Assembly (NCBI RefSeq): GCF_041146345.1
Contig: NW_027191410.1
Location: forward strand, 496,001-560,000
Length of the DNA: 64,000 nucleotides
Direction of reading: 5' to 3'
DNA from: Neodothiora populina
Lineage: Eukaryota
Numbering within the stretch: the stretch's first letter is position 1; each line of letters starts with the position of its first letter. The position numbers and the translations under genes were made by a program. Shown here one piece after another: positions 11,601-23,359 of this stretch. The notes under the pieces are model-generated. The model searched no databases and was not told where the DNA came from. It saw only the letters and a program-made list of their open reading frames with translations.

Positions 11601-13560
11601 GCCCCTTCTTCGGTGGGTTGCCTTTTACCCGGAATTCTCGATGAGCGACGGCTCTGCGGCGAAGCTCTGTCGTAGTCGCTTGCCCAACCACGCGCCATGC
11701 CTGAGACATACGATACATACTAGCCTGCTGAGCCGCAGCAGCGTTGACTTCGAAGACTTCCTGGACTCTCAGATAGTTCTCGACTGATGGGGGTTCGCCA
11801 AGAGGTCTAGTCTTGTACTTTTGTGCAAAGTATGCCAGAAGAAAAGCGTCTGGTGTCCCCGGTAAGGCACCAGCTGCAGATCCTTGGCTGGGGTGGAAGA
11901 TCCGCTTCTTTGTTAAAGTGTCCTCAAAGCCCATTGTTTTCAAGCTCTGGGGCGGAGGGTTCTCAACTGGGGCAGACGTGGGTGGTTCTGTAGCAAGTCT
12001 AGATCCTTTACTGGTGCTTCCCCGTCGTCCATATTTCTTGCCAAATGAAGTGCTCAAGAACGTCTCTTCGACACTGTCATCCGCACTTCCACGGCCGGTC
12101 AGCTGCTGAGAATTCTTCTTCTCGTCTGTGTCACGGTGCTTTTGCGCGAGGAACTGGTCACTATCGTTGGCGGATAAGCCTGGCCTCGGCTGAGGTGGTC
12201 GTCTCTGAGTGGCAACGTTAAACTCTCCAAGAGGACTTATGGCTAGGGCTTGCATATTGCGATTGTCGAGCACTTTGTTTGCATATTTCACATCATGCTG
12301 TATGAACATTCCTTCCTTGCCGACTGTCCACAGCAGATCCTGAGAATGCCATAGCAGATCAGCAGGAGCAGAGCAATAGCCTGTAACCTCACGGAATGGC
12401 AGCCATGGACGGCGGAAATCCCATATGTGCATAACGTCAAAGTCTCGCTCATATGAAGTGACTATTTGACTGCACAGTCGTGCGCCTCGGTCCTTTGGTA
12501 GTACAGATTGGCAGGATGGTCGCCATCTGGCATTGCGTATCGGGTATGGCGCCTTGATTTCATGTGCAGGCTTTAGACGCCGGCCACTCTCGGCTGACAG
12601 ATTCCAGACCTTGACAGTCTTGTCCGCACTCGCCGAAAGAACATGCTTGCCATCAGGATGCCAATCAATCGTGGCGCAGGGTGAAGTATGTGCTGCTATA
12701 CGGGTATGGGCGGCAATTTTGGCCAGAGGGGATTTCAGCTTCCGCGTGTCCCACCTCTGCACAACACCTCCATCTGTACAGAGCGCAAGAGCGAAAACAT
12801 CAGTAGGGGACCACTTGACGTCTCGGACACCCTCGTTCTGACCCGTCGTGGTAAAGCGACTGGCGAAGGAGGATGAATCTCTCCGAAGATCTCGTAGATC
12901 CCAAAGTCTGACGGTGCCGTCTTGACTTCCTGAAAGAAAGTGTTGGCCGGCATGAGGATTGAACGTGACTCTGTGTACCTGGCGCCGATGTTCATGGAGT
13001 CTAGCAACCTCGATGCCAGGGTGGGTCAGATCATATATGATGATCGGTCCATTGTACGTTGCAGCTGCTATGAAATTGCCATAATTGCCTTTTCCCCAGG
13101 CAACATCATGTATGTTGACGGCGTCCTTGGCGAGACCTCCCGTGGCCAGGTGAGCATCGTAACTTCTGATGGCAGTCCGTAGATTGATATCTTCCGTGCA
13201 AGTGCCTTCTTCGACCCTGATGGTCTTGAAGATTTCGCGTCCAGCTAGCAACGCGTGAGTTCCCTCATCATTTATCGACAGTGAGTTGATTTCCAGGCCA
13301 GTCTTGTGGCTCGCACTTGCATCGTGAGCAGAAAGACTTGGCAGTCGTCCTGCAGTAGCTCTATTGGCCTCAGCCAAATACCTCGTGCCTTGCCCGTCGT
13401 CATCACTATCAGAAGCACGAGCAGGAAATCCGAGGAATCTGTTCAGAGCATTGCGAGCTCTCTGCTGCGGCGGTAATGGGGGTGCAGGTGGAGGAGTCTG
13501 ATGATTCTGTGGCACAGAAAGTGGCACTGTGGCCACCCGTCTTGGTGGATCTGAACTCAT
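8605..13560 (-). CDS. RTC1: SEACAT/GATOR2 subunit Rtc1/Sea2 (WDR24-like): WD40 propeller plus C-terminal Zn/RING
   Basis: Intronless 1651-aa ORF. WD40 repeats (FLSGSQDGTVRLWD, VLSASADKTVKVWN, WDFRRPWLP) and C-terminal Cys clusters (CGEC..CENC..CPIC..CLLCNHTAHTAC..W..CPTQSCLCAC), then a Q/G-rich tail. Confidence 0.88.
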   Translation of the reverse strand: MSSDPPRRVATVPLSVPQNHQTPPPAPPLPPQQRARNALNRFLGFPARASDSDDDGQGTRYLAEANRATAGRLPSLSAHDASASHKTGLEINSLSINDEGTHALLAGREIFKTIRVEEGTCTEDINLRTAIRSYDAHLATGGLAKDAVNIHDVAWGKGNYGNFIAAATYNGPIIIYDLTHPGIEVARLHEHRRQVHRVTFNPHAGQHFLSGSQDGTVRLWDLRDLRRDSSSFASRFTTTGQNEGVRDVKWSPTDVFALALCTDGGVVQRWDTRKLKSPLAKIAAHTRIAAHTSPCATIDWHPDGKHVLSASADKTVKVWNLSAESGRRLKPAHEIKAPYPIRNARWRPSCQSVLPKDRGARLCSQIVTSYERDFDVMHIWDFRRPWLPFREVTGYCSAPADLLWHSQDLLWTVGKEGMFIQHDVKYANKVLDNRNMQALAISPLGEFNVATQRRPPQPRPGLSANDSDQFLAQKHRDTDEKKNSQQLTGRGSADDSVEETFLSTSFGKKYGRRGSTSKGSRLATEPPTSAPVENPPPQSLKTMGFEDTLTKKRIFHPSQGSAAGALPGTPDAFLLAYFAQKYKTRPLGEPPSVENYLRVQEVFEVNAAAAQQASMYRMSQAWRVVGQATTTELRRRAVAHREFRVKGNPPKKGLFDESPFAKRARKWLASGRRLSSKPATPLVKPVKALEAAHVAHFESTSNVATPIAKPQTEHIISPRGRNHTQLQTISQDDEGLALPPSLLSPSRLKQQVMDREHRVSRQDGGKESPWYQSAEALGERKAELSGYRVQSKEPLSLEPPQSRNGMDVWQKPQRHYSDDSLVLLPSVSSRDASLPVSSVASMTSLMDTVHENLMGPSPQGSMNIGSSSSSEPNLTQETFPRSFYSYPSQMVPRKAATTETVISSSAESHSDVAAADKEADQEVHAQPTDIPPVRDIVGDVKALALNNQLSFSSDSEITSSSEGQKASKGVLPETIPEDILTENMEASGTIVPPLVHIQNRLPRSREGSRASNQPFLSTHKADNAPTALPHKSNHHTDMVPFVPADFVGTDFHVDTEQHTPFPLIALLQQLLEYHTRTVPDAQAAAHFLLLLTPLLPQTHQLTASQIDSTITVYSEHFAALGYTDEEIYSLLQNSFESLIKAGLQPLWAESIMMTYHDQLQRLGLFNNAAYLRRLAYPTYPGVYEQGLKDNAMSFLCGECKKPINNGTNKFRCENCETRQKACPICLCVTSPFEAPAKHIHGSKGSKAQAVEHHDVTETQQEGSGIVQLEDQNSVASFVDDIWDRREHQEHRQEAARIGAIGATPLEPTTSSTEDTTVAAYPPTDLHKPLLYSTCLLCNHTAHTACLRVWHSPDTTASSAESEAENNDDDDVDENVPPPFAPQHPDPQSEGLCPTQSCLCACTPGRARSAALAYLEASESERRNATSSAQQRASISQSHNQQQQQQQQQPHTPRIKEDDWVAGESRAVRETSAALGGQQAPSPRIAGLNSSGSNSNHLGTGTDGGLDRLPSPALKPRSQQGQGQGSSKSSQQAGGGGGGVAPPSSGRRRGGGATGSGNRETTASPSLLPRQQQMHIQRQQSDERQGAQQQQQQQQQERLSVPPHNTRKSSSGSGIGAPATGVALRAGSGTHSPGSASGGGRQNNKRKGKGGR
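8776..8802. repeat. (CTG)n trinucleotide run encoding polyQ in RTC1
   Basis: ctgctgctgctgctgctgctgttg on +, read as QQQQQQQQ on -. Confidence 0.9.
9217..9247. repeat. (GTT)n trinucleotide run encoding polyQ in RTC1
   Basis: gttgttgttgttgttgttgttgttg on +. Confidence 0.9.
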
Positions 13561-14282
13561 GGCAATTCTGAAGATAATCCCCCAAATTCTATATCATGCT
13601 GTTCCAGGTGCCGTAGCCGTGTTTTCAAGTAGTCGTACATATCCACAACATCGGTATCATTATTTCATATGTCGTGCGCAAAGGTGAGACGATGCGCGAG
13701 CGCTCCTGCAACACTAGACGCACTGAAAGTAGTGCAGACGACGAGCCACACTAGAAATAGTGAATCATCGGTGGATTACACGAGAGCGCAAATTGGTACC
13801 AAAAACGCAACGCGCACTGGATCTGTAAATGATACAGATACCTATCTTATGCAACGGAGTACAGTACAGTAAAGCAAGGTAAGGTACTGGCACGTTAGTG
13901 TCGGACATAAGTCGCGCATACATCGCCAAGACTACAACCATGGCTTGTGGCACGAAAATGTATCTTACACCGAACGCTCCGCAGAGGTAAATGTAATTCA
14001 CTTATCGGAATAGCAGACAAATGAGCATGTCACTCATGGGGTCTTTTGAGATGGAGAAATCAAACAGAGTAATAGTGTTCTGTCGAACAGTAATTTCGTT
14101 CTTGTTGACACAGTAGTATAGCGTAAATCATCTCCACCTCTCACTCTCGTATCAAAAAGCGCCAGGAAAATGCCGAAAAACAATCATAGTCCGCCCAATA
14201 TGTTCGCCCAAACACTCCAAGCCCCCATTTTTTTTTGGTCTCCCCACCGAGGTGAGACTTCGCTTTTGAAGTCGTATCACAT

Positions 14283-15773
14283 CTAAGAGTAAAGCTTCTT
14301 GTCGAAGCTGTGAAGACCGTGGACGTTGCCCTCAGCCTGGGCACTGACAGTTCTGAGCTCGAATCTGACCTCGCCATCAATGACACCTTGTCTGAGAGCA
14401 GTCAAGCTCGTGACACCAATGTCCTGAAGAGAGTGCTGGATACCAGCGATGAGGTATGGCACAAACTTGGTGATGGAACCACGGTCGAGCACGCTTCCGC
14501 TGACACCCTGGGCAACAAGAAGTTTGTCGCCCTCGGAGAAGTAACGAGCGGTACCGGCGTTGGAAGCCTTGGGGTCGTTGGGGTTGGAAGAGCCAACACC
14601 GGCCTTCTTGTCCTCCATGGCGGCGATGGAGCCCATACCACGGTAGGCCTTGACGAGCTGGCCCTCACGGGAAACAAAGTACTCTCCGGGAGACTCGGTG
14701 GTACCGGCAAGGAGACCACCCATCATGACAGTGCTGGCACCAAGGGCGAGACCCTTGACCATGTGTCCGACGTTCTGAATACCACCGTCTGCGATGCAAG
14801 GAACACCGAAGCGAGCGGCGAAAGTGGTGACGCTGTGGATGGAGGCAGCCTGAGGGCGACCGACAGCCATGACCTCCTGAGTGATACAGGCGGAGCCAGA
14901 GCCCATACCGATGCGCAGACCGTCGACACCAGCGGCGATGAGACCAGCGGCCTGCTCGCGGGTGACGACGTTTCCACCGATGACGTCGAGACCGGGGAAC
15001 TCGTTCTTGATCCATTTGACCATCTCGATCTGGAACATGGAGTTACCCTGGGAAGAGTCAAGAACGATGATGTCGAGACCAGCATCGACCAACTTCTTGA
15101 GACGGAGCTTGTCCTCGGGACGGGTGCCAATGGCGGCGGCAGAGATCAGCTGCTTGGAGTGGGGAAGCTTGGATGCGAGAGGGTAGTGGACGTTCTTCAT
15201 CAAATCGGCGCGGGAGAGGAGGGAGACAAGGTTGCCATTCTCGTCGACGATGGGGAGCTTGCCCTTCTTGGACTTCTGGAGGATGCTGTTGGCCTCGACA
15301 AGGTCGATTCCGGAGCGAGCAGTGACGAGATCGGTGGACATGATGACGGTGACGGGGTCGCTGTCGTTGTCGTGGAACTGGGTGTCACGGGGAGTGACGA
15401 TACCGATGACCTTGGAGCCGAGCTTGCCGGTCTCTGTGCCGGAGTGTCAGTGGATTCTGCTGCTGTGACATGCCAAAAGGACAATAGGTAGAACAGGCAG
15501 CGGATTTGCTTCATGCTCAGTACAAATTGTTTCTCCACAGTACGACGAGCACACTGGCTCGCACGGTAGATGCGGTTGAACGAAAGTTATAAAAATTGAA
15601 AATCATCATTGGGAAGAAAAAAGGACGAGGGGGGGTGCTGCAGCAGAGAAGCGAGGGATTCTTACCAGTGACAGGGTAGCCTCCGAATCCCCACTTGGCC
15701 TTGAGGGCCTTGGTCTCGCCGACAGTGGTCTGAGGAGAGATGACGATGGGGTCGAGGATGAAGCCGTTCTCGT

Positions 15774-15804
<31 letters not shown>

Positions 15805-16237
15805 GTCGTCGGCGGAGCAGTTGTGGTGGATGACACCGAGGCCACCGAGCAGGGCCATGTGGATGGCCATGTTGTGCTCGGTGACGGTGTCCATGGGGGA
15901 GGAGAGAAGAGGAGTCTTCAGGGTAATGCGCTTGGTGACGGGCGAGTCGAGCTGGACCTGGTTGGCGGAGAAGCCTGTGAGGAAAAGAGTGTAAGCGGGC
16001 TACATCCTGCGGCGCTCATGTGTCGACATGGCACGGCATACCAATGTAGCCAGGAAGAACGAGGAAGTCATTGTAGGTGAGACCGCCGTTGTTCTTCGAG
16101 TCGAGCAGAGTCTGGACGTCGATGCCGTCACGCTCGGGGTATTCCTTGAGCACATCGAGGGCGGTGTTGAAGTCAAGGATCTTCTCCTTGTGCAGAATGG
16201 GGATCTGCTCCATGCTGTCACCGTTGAGAATAGGCAT
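14283..16237 (-). CDS. IMPDH: Inosine-5'-monophosphate dehydrogenase
   Basis: Exons 16237-16042, 15974-15666, 15433-14283. Motifs [24 protein letters not shown] region, DSSQGNS, catalytic [31 protein letters not shown]. Confidence 0.97.
15514..15614 (-). ncRNA. snR54: Box C/D snoRNA, snR54 homolog, inside IMPDH intron 2
   Basis: Box C AUGAUGA (15609-15603), box D CUGA (15520-15517). Guide UAACUUUCGUUCA (15589-15577) is complementary to the conserved 18S segment GAACGAAAGUUA. C'-like UGGAGA and a degenerate D' (CCGC). The host intron is 232 nt versus ~55-70 nt for most introns here. In S. cerevisiae, snR54 is hosted by an IMPDH (IMD4) intron. Confidence 0.88.
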
Positions 16238-17183
16238 GGCTGATGGTTTACCGATGACACAAGAAACAAGATGGGGGTATCACAAAAATAACAAAAGACA
16301 AAAGCACCACTGGGTTCAAAGGTGAGCCTTTTCCCCAAGAGAGAAAGAGAAATGTGAGGCCGAGGAGGCAGAAAAAGATGAGCAAATTCTTGCCAAGATT
16401 TTGATGTGCTGATTAACCTGGTTAAGTCCGGTAAAGGCCTTGTGTGCCTCTTTTTTCTTTTTCCTTTTTCTTTTTGTGGTCTGTCTGACCCTTGCCAAGC
16501 TTTGTTGTATTGCATCACAGCACAAAGGACGAAGAGCGAAGAGGGCTAGAATTGGCTTTCTCTTGTCGCCCCGTGCTCTCTCGCTTGCTTCACACTTGCT
16601 CAATCGGACAAGAACAAGGGTTTCGGTGGAGAGAAGCCGGGAAAAAGTGGGTTCTCTGTGTTGATTAGGAAATATGTAAACAACAGAGACTCTGGTAGTC
16701 AAAGCAGGTCGCGCATAGGTCTCGCACCTTTTTCTCTACTCTATTGTCATGTCGCAATACTATACCGCCCTGGGCAATCAAATTGAGATTCGAGCACGAT
16801 CTAGTGTTGAATGAGATAAAGTGCCGCTAGAAGTCATCATTCCTCGACCTGACCATAACGGGCGAGAGTGAATGTTTATGGAGAAGGCAGTAACGGTTTT
16901 GATATGCGACCCGTGAGAAGACCGCTGCCACACACCCGCTACCACCACTTTCCACCGCGTGCCTCCACAACGCCTGCCCTCCGTACCTGCCTTGCCTTGC
17001 CTTATTCACCTGCACGCCCAGCGACAACCAAGTAGGTACGACGGCCACAACGACGACGCAGGAACAACAAGTCTGTCGCCACAGGCCACTGAGCTCAAGC
17101 GTACACATTTCGCATACTCCATACTCTCGTGCTGAACCTACTGTGAACCGGACAGTAGGTCACTCTGGAGAGCGAGTGTTGTC

Positions 17184-20100
17184 ATGTCGTCTTACTACTC
17201 AACACCGCCGGGGAGTCGGTCGGGCCTTCCTGAAGCATTCCCTTCTCCCGCCTCATTACGACACGTACCTTCCCCATTGCGACCGGGAGCGTCACCGTCG
17301 ACGAGTCCAGTCAAAGCACTGGCAGGAGCCTTCTCGAATGGCCTTGGCTCACCATTCACTCTTCCCACTCATTCGCGCACCAACACATTGACTTCTCCCA
17401 CTCACTCAATATCAGCACAAGGTCAGGGGCACAGGCGGCATCAGAGTGAAGCCCCAACCTCACCGAGAGCAAAAGACTTCTGGACCGCAAAAGAGGCAGG
17501 CACCACGTCGACTCCCTCGACGCCTGACAACTTCCGCGCAGCCCTTCGTTCTCTGCCTCAGGCACCCGGACTCACTCCAAACTCTGCACATTCACATTCA
17601 CATTCTCGCACCCAGAGCTATGATACCAAGATGTATCTCAACGACGGCGCAACCTCGCCGCCTCCTCAATCAAGACCGCACTCGCTCGCCATCTCTCGAG
17701 CAGACTCCGTGCGTGCTCCCATTCACGACCGATCAAACCGCAACTCGACCCATGTCCATTTCGCCTCGTCGCCAGGCCACATGGAAAAGTCTGACCTAGA
17801 GAGCCTGCAGAAATCCACAACCGGTCACCTGCGCACGTTGAGCAAGTTCGCCAACAGTGGGGTCGAGGAAGACTTCACCATCAAGTCGCCCGAGCAAGAG
17901 GTCGTCGGTCTCCACGGACGACGCAGGCTGAAGAGATCTATGCCTTCGCAAGACAAGACCGGCGTTGATGGGAAAAGCAGGTTCGCCACGAGTTGGCAGG
18001 CCAGCAAGTGGATGGACCAGCAACGTCAGTTCCTCCAGGCCTACGAGTACCTCTGCCACATCGGTGAGGCGAAAGAGTGGATAGAAGACATTGTGCACAA
18101 GGAGATCCCTCCGATTGTTGAGCTGGAAGAGCGCCTGCGAAATGGCGTCACTCTGGCCGAGATTGTCCAGGCTCTGCATCCTGAGCGCCCTCTGCGTATC
18201 TTCCACAACGACAAGCTCCAATACAGACATTCAGACAACATTGACCTCTTCTTCCGCTTTCTCGCCGAGGTCGAACTGCCTGAGCTGTTCCGCTTCGAGC
18301 TCGTTGACTTGTACGAGAAGAAGAACATTCCCAAAGTCATCTACTGCGTTCACGCCTTGTCCTGGTTGCTCTTCCGAAAGGGCATAGTCGACTTCCGCAT
18401 CGGCAATCTGGTCGGTCAGCTGCAGTTCGAGGACCATGAGCTGGAGGCCATGCAGAAGGGACTGGACAAGTCCGGTGTTAGTATGCCTAATTTCTCCGGC
18501 ATGAGCGCCAATTTCGGCGAACCCGAACCCGAACCCGAGCCAGTCGAGAGCGAGGACGATCGGATCGAAAGAGAGCTGGCCGAGAATGAGGCTGTTGTGG
18601 AAGACTTCCAGGCTCAGCTTCGCGGCGCCATGGTCAGGATCAAGTTGGGTGACACAATGCAAGAGCTGTGGGATGCTGAGCAGATCATCGCCGAGCTCCA
18701 GGCCTTCATAAGAGGTGACTTTGCGAGGCAGATATCCGCTTACCATCTGGACATGAGATCCTTCACCACCAAACTCCAAGCATCTGCCAGAGGTTACAAC
18801 GTTCGCTCCCGCCAGAGGCACAGCCAACGACATTGGGACAGTCACGAACCGCAAGTCATAGCTCTTCAGTCTCTCGTACGAGCACGGAAAGCGCGGGCTG
18901 AAACAAAGCAACTGCGATCAAAGTTCCAGCGACACGAACACGGCGTCCGCAACCTGCAGGCTGCAATCCGAGGTGCTCTTACACGATGGGATGTGGGAGA
19001 TCAGTATCATGCAGCACATCAAGCCGAGGACCATGTGCAGTCCCTTCAAGCTGCTATAAGAGGCGCTCTTGTTCGAGGGAGGGTGGAACAGCAGTTGGAA
19101 GACACCAGAGAAGCCGAGATTCATATTCCTTCGCTGCAAGCCTCCATCCGTGGCCTTCTAGAACGTAAGAAGCAAACCAGCAATGCAGTATCATTCAAGC
19201 AGCAAGCGAGATCTGTCGAGACATTACAAGCAGCGGTCGCCGGCTTGTTACAGCGAAAACGTATCCAGAGAGTTCACGGCTCCCTAGAAGTCAGCGAGCC
19301 AGCATTGCTTGAGCTGCAGTCTGTCGCACGCGCCACCGAAGTCAGGGCATCAATCGCAGGCTTGAAGAGAGCTCTTCACGGCCAGAGCGAGACTATCATT
19401 GCCATGCAAGCATCGATCCGCGCACAGAGGGTACGACAAGAGACTGCCGGAATACTGTCTGCACTCAGGCAGGAAGAGACCAAGCTGGTGGATTTGCAGT
19501 CCATTGCTCGAGCTCACATGTACCGGAAGAAGTATCAATCTGATATCTCATCACTCTACGCGCAAGAGGGCGCTATTGCGGAGCTACAGGCTCTATCGCG
19601 AGCCTCTCTGCAGAGACAACAAACATATGATGTTCTCTGTGCTCTTGGGGAGGAAGAGGACCAGGTAGTAGAGCTGCAAAGCATCGCACGCGCGTTACTG
19701 CTGCAACGAGACATAGGCCTGGTCCTCGCCGCTCTGGAAGACGAGGAAGAAGGCGTCGCCGACTTGCAATCCGCAATCCGTGGCAATCTTGTCCGCCATC
19801 GCTTCGCGGAGAAGCAGAAGTTCTACAAGGAAAACATGGAGAAGGTCATCAAAGTGCAGAGCTTCATCAGAGCCAGACAGCAGGGACAGGCCTACAAGAG
19901 TCTGACGAGCGGCACTAACCCTCCCGTTGGAACTGTCAAGAACTTTGTCCACTTGCTCAACGACAGCGACTTCGACTTTGACGAAGAGCTGGAGTTTGAG
20001 AGATTGCGAAAGACGGTCGTCCAACGGGTACGACAGAACGAAATGGCAGAACAATACGTCGATCAGCTCGACATCAAGATCGCCTTGCTCGTTAAGAACA

Positions 20101-22443
20101 AGATCACTCTGGACGAGGTCGTCAAGCATCAGAAACACTTTGGCGGCCATGTTGGCAGCCTTTTGAACAACAAGGAGATTGCCTCGAAGGATCCATTCGA
20201 TCTCAAAGCTCTCAACAAGAACTCCAGGAAGAAGCTTGAGCACTACCAGGAACTCTTCTTCGTTCTGCAGACTCAGCCTAATTACCTTGCTCGCTTATTC
20301 CGTAGGCTAAAACAACAAGGAATGCCCGAGCAGGAAGGTAAACGCATCGAGTTGCTTATGCTGGGCCTTTTCGGCTTCGCGCAAAAGAGACGAGAGGAAT
20401 ACTACCTCCTGAAACTCGTGTCAAGGTCGATCAAGGAAGAAGCCGACAATTGCGAGTCCCTACAGGATTATCTAAGGGGCAACTTCTTCTGGGGCAGACT
20501 TTTGGCTGCCTACCTTCGCAGTCCCCGGGATCGCAAATACTTCAGAGATCTCTACGGGCCCCTAGTGAGGGAGAGCATCTTTGAGAACCAAGACTTGGAC
20601 CTCGAGAGTGATCCGATGCAAATCTACCGAGCTTTGATCAACAACGAGGAGTTGAGCACAGGTCAACGTAGTCTGCGAAACCCAGACATACCTAGGGAGC
20701 AAGCAATCAAAGACCCCGAGACGAGGGAGACCTTTATAGCTCACTTACAGGATCTTCGCGACATTTGCGATCACTTTTTTGTACTGCTGGAGGAGACGCT
20801 CACCCGCATGCCCTACGGCATAAGATACATTGGACACGAGACGTACGATATCCTTTGCGCGAGATTCCCGGAGGAGGACCCGCAATACCTCTTGCAAATT
20901 GTCGGGCATTGGTTGTGGAAGACTTATCTTTTCCCTGCGCTGACCCAACCGGAGATGTGGGGCGTCATCGACAGAGGGTTAAGCCCATTGCACCGAAGGA
21001 ACCTCGGCGAGGTAGGCAAAGTTCTCGGACAAGTCTATGCTGGAAGGCTCTTTGGTGGTGAGCACGTCTACCTACAGCCCCTGAACACCTGGGTGGGTGA
21101 GGCACTCGAGCGCATGCAGGATATTCTGATCAACCTCATCGACGTGCGAGATGCAGAGAAGCAGTTCGAGATGGAGGAGTACAACGATCTCTTTGCCCGC
21201 ACAAAGCCCACTCTCTACATCAAAATGGCCGACATCTTCGCTATCCACCAAATGATCGTGTCGGAGCTGCCTGCTCTATGTCCCCAAGATGACCCTCTAC
21301 GAGAAACCATCCGCGAGCTTGGTAGCGCCAAGAGTAACGAAAATGAAATGATGGGAGTTGGTTCAAACGAAATCAGCCTTCAGTTGAACCCCAAGTATCA
21401 CGAGCAGCATGGTACGTGGAACAGACTATTTTGCCTCTGGATGATGATGCTAACCTCTCTTCTCTCCAGATCCCGATGCAGATATCAAGTCATTGTTCAT
21501 GGAGACGAAACGACTGATTCTCTACATCATCCGTATTCAGTCCGGCTCTAATCTTCTCGATATTCTCGTACGACCTATAACCGCCGAAGACGACGACAAA
21601 TGGCTTTCCCTCCTTGACGAAGAAGTGATGAATCAGACGCGGCATCCGAAGGCAGCACCTTCAACTTATGCGTCATCCGCCATCGACGAGGAGCCCTCCT
21701 CCACGCTTATCGACATCACCAACATGTCATATGCCGAGGTCAAGTCTGCTGCGCTAGAGAACATCTTGGTATTAGAACGCGCAGGCCGTCTGTCCCGTCA
21801 CAACCACTATCAAGACCTTCTCAACGCGATCGCCCTGGACATCCGCACAAAACATCGTCGTCGCATCCAGCGGACGCGAGAACTGGAAGGCGTGCGCGCC
21901 ACACTCGGCCAATTGGAGTCCAAAGCTGCTTTCCTTGACGAACAACTCCAATCTTACAATGACTACATCGAACAAGCGATGATCACCCTGCAGAACAAGA
22001 AGGGTAAGAAACGCTTCTTGTTGCCCTTCACGAAACAGTACAACCACGAGCGAGAGTTGGCCCGAAGTGGCAGGACACCACGGTTCGGAAGTTGGAAATA
22101 CTCGGCTTCCAAGCTTGCGGAGAAGGGTGTTCTTGTTTCATGGGAAGGCTACGACCCGAGTCAATGGAACAGAATCAACCTCACCATTTCGTCTGACGAG
22201 GTTGGTGTTTTCCACATCGAAGGCAGTGCAGGCAGTCTCATGATCCCTGGCGCCTCAGCCAGTGTGCCGCTGGACGATTTGCTCCAGGCGCAATTCGATG
22301 GTCACCAGTTCATGAACCTCTTCAAGAGCGGCGGCGGTTCGGCTGGTGGACTCGGCACTGGTTCAGGAGGCGGAGAGGGGTTGAGGCTGAATGTGAACCT
22401 GTTCTTGCATCTGGTGTTCAAGAAATTCTACCGAGAGGAATGA
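17184..22443 (+). CDS. IQG1: IQGAP (Iqg1/Rng2/SepG) cytokinesis scaffold
   Basis: Exons 17184-21411 and 21470-22443. CH domain (AYEYLCHIGEAKEWIE..DLYEKKNIPKVIYCVHAL), many IQ-like repeats (LQAAIRG, LQSIARA), RasGAP-related domain, RasGAP_C end (LNVNLFLHLVFKKFY). Confidence 0.95.
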
Positions 22444-23359
22444 TAGATTGGATGGCCCTGCTGTTCCCTCTACAGTTCTTTCTGTATATTCCTTGAAGGG
22501 ATAGATGGACAGAGTGACGATGGTAATGACGATAACGGGTGGGAAAGGGGGTCTTCTGATGTCGATCATGACCTTTTTCCTTGTGGGACGACTTTTTCTT
22601 TTCTTATTTCTTACTTTCTTCTCTTCACGAAGGTATACCAAATTTTTCCTATCCTCTGCATTGGATGATTTTGTTTTATTTTTCCTCTTTTGGCTTTTTT
22701 CTTTTCTGTAATTGGCATCGGATATGCGAGATGACACGTATGTGTATACCGCCAGGGAGGGGAAGGGAAAGGGTTTCATACGAAGAGAAGAGAAACGTGT
22801 ATGCGTGTGTACGTATGGACGAAGATCAGACGTTTGAATGATTGATATTCGACTGGGAAATGGCTATGAAACGTGTGAAAGCACCGAGTCTTCCTGTTCT
22901 CTCTTGATGATACAAGACGATGAAGACGGCGAAGACGGTGAATGGGAGGGAGCGGGTGGTGCATGACTAGCATTTTCCAGTCAAGAGGTGTTTATGGGCT
23001 TCTTCTTACTCTTTTCTTTATTTGATACTGAACATATACAATGCCTGTCTTCCGCCCTATTGCGTGTTCCAAAATATCCCGTGTCCACCCCCTATTTCTG
23101 TTGTCACTTTGTCTGTCGTGAAATGATTATGCTGTAGAGTAGATACTGTAGTATATATACATGACATAAACCACATTACTTAACTACACCCACCTCTTGT
23201 TTCTCACCTAGGTATGGACATCTTCAGACAACAGAACAAGATAACAAATACATGAATTAAAGAATACAGTAAAGAATATACACATAACCTATCATTATAC
23301 AATACCTTATAACACTTTTGTCCACCAGAGCTGACTGACCGTCGGCTGATATCGGCGCT

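Noticed and set aside
14310..15491. 393-aa plus-strand ORF antisense to IMPDH (similarly 57200-57925 and 23979-24475)
   Set aside because: Mirror ORFs produced by strong codon bias of highly expressed sense genes; no independent motifs.
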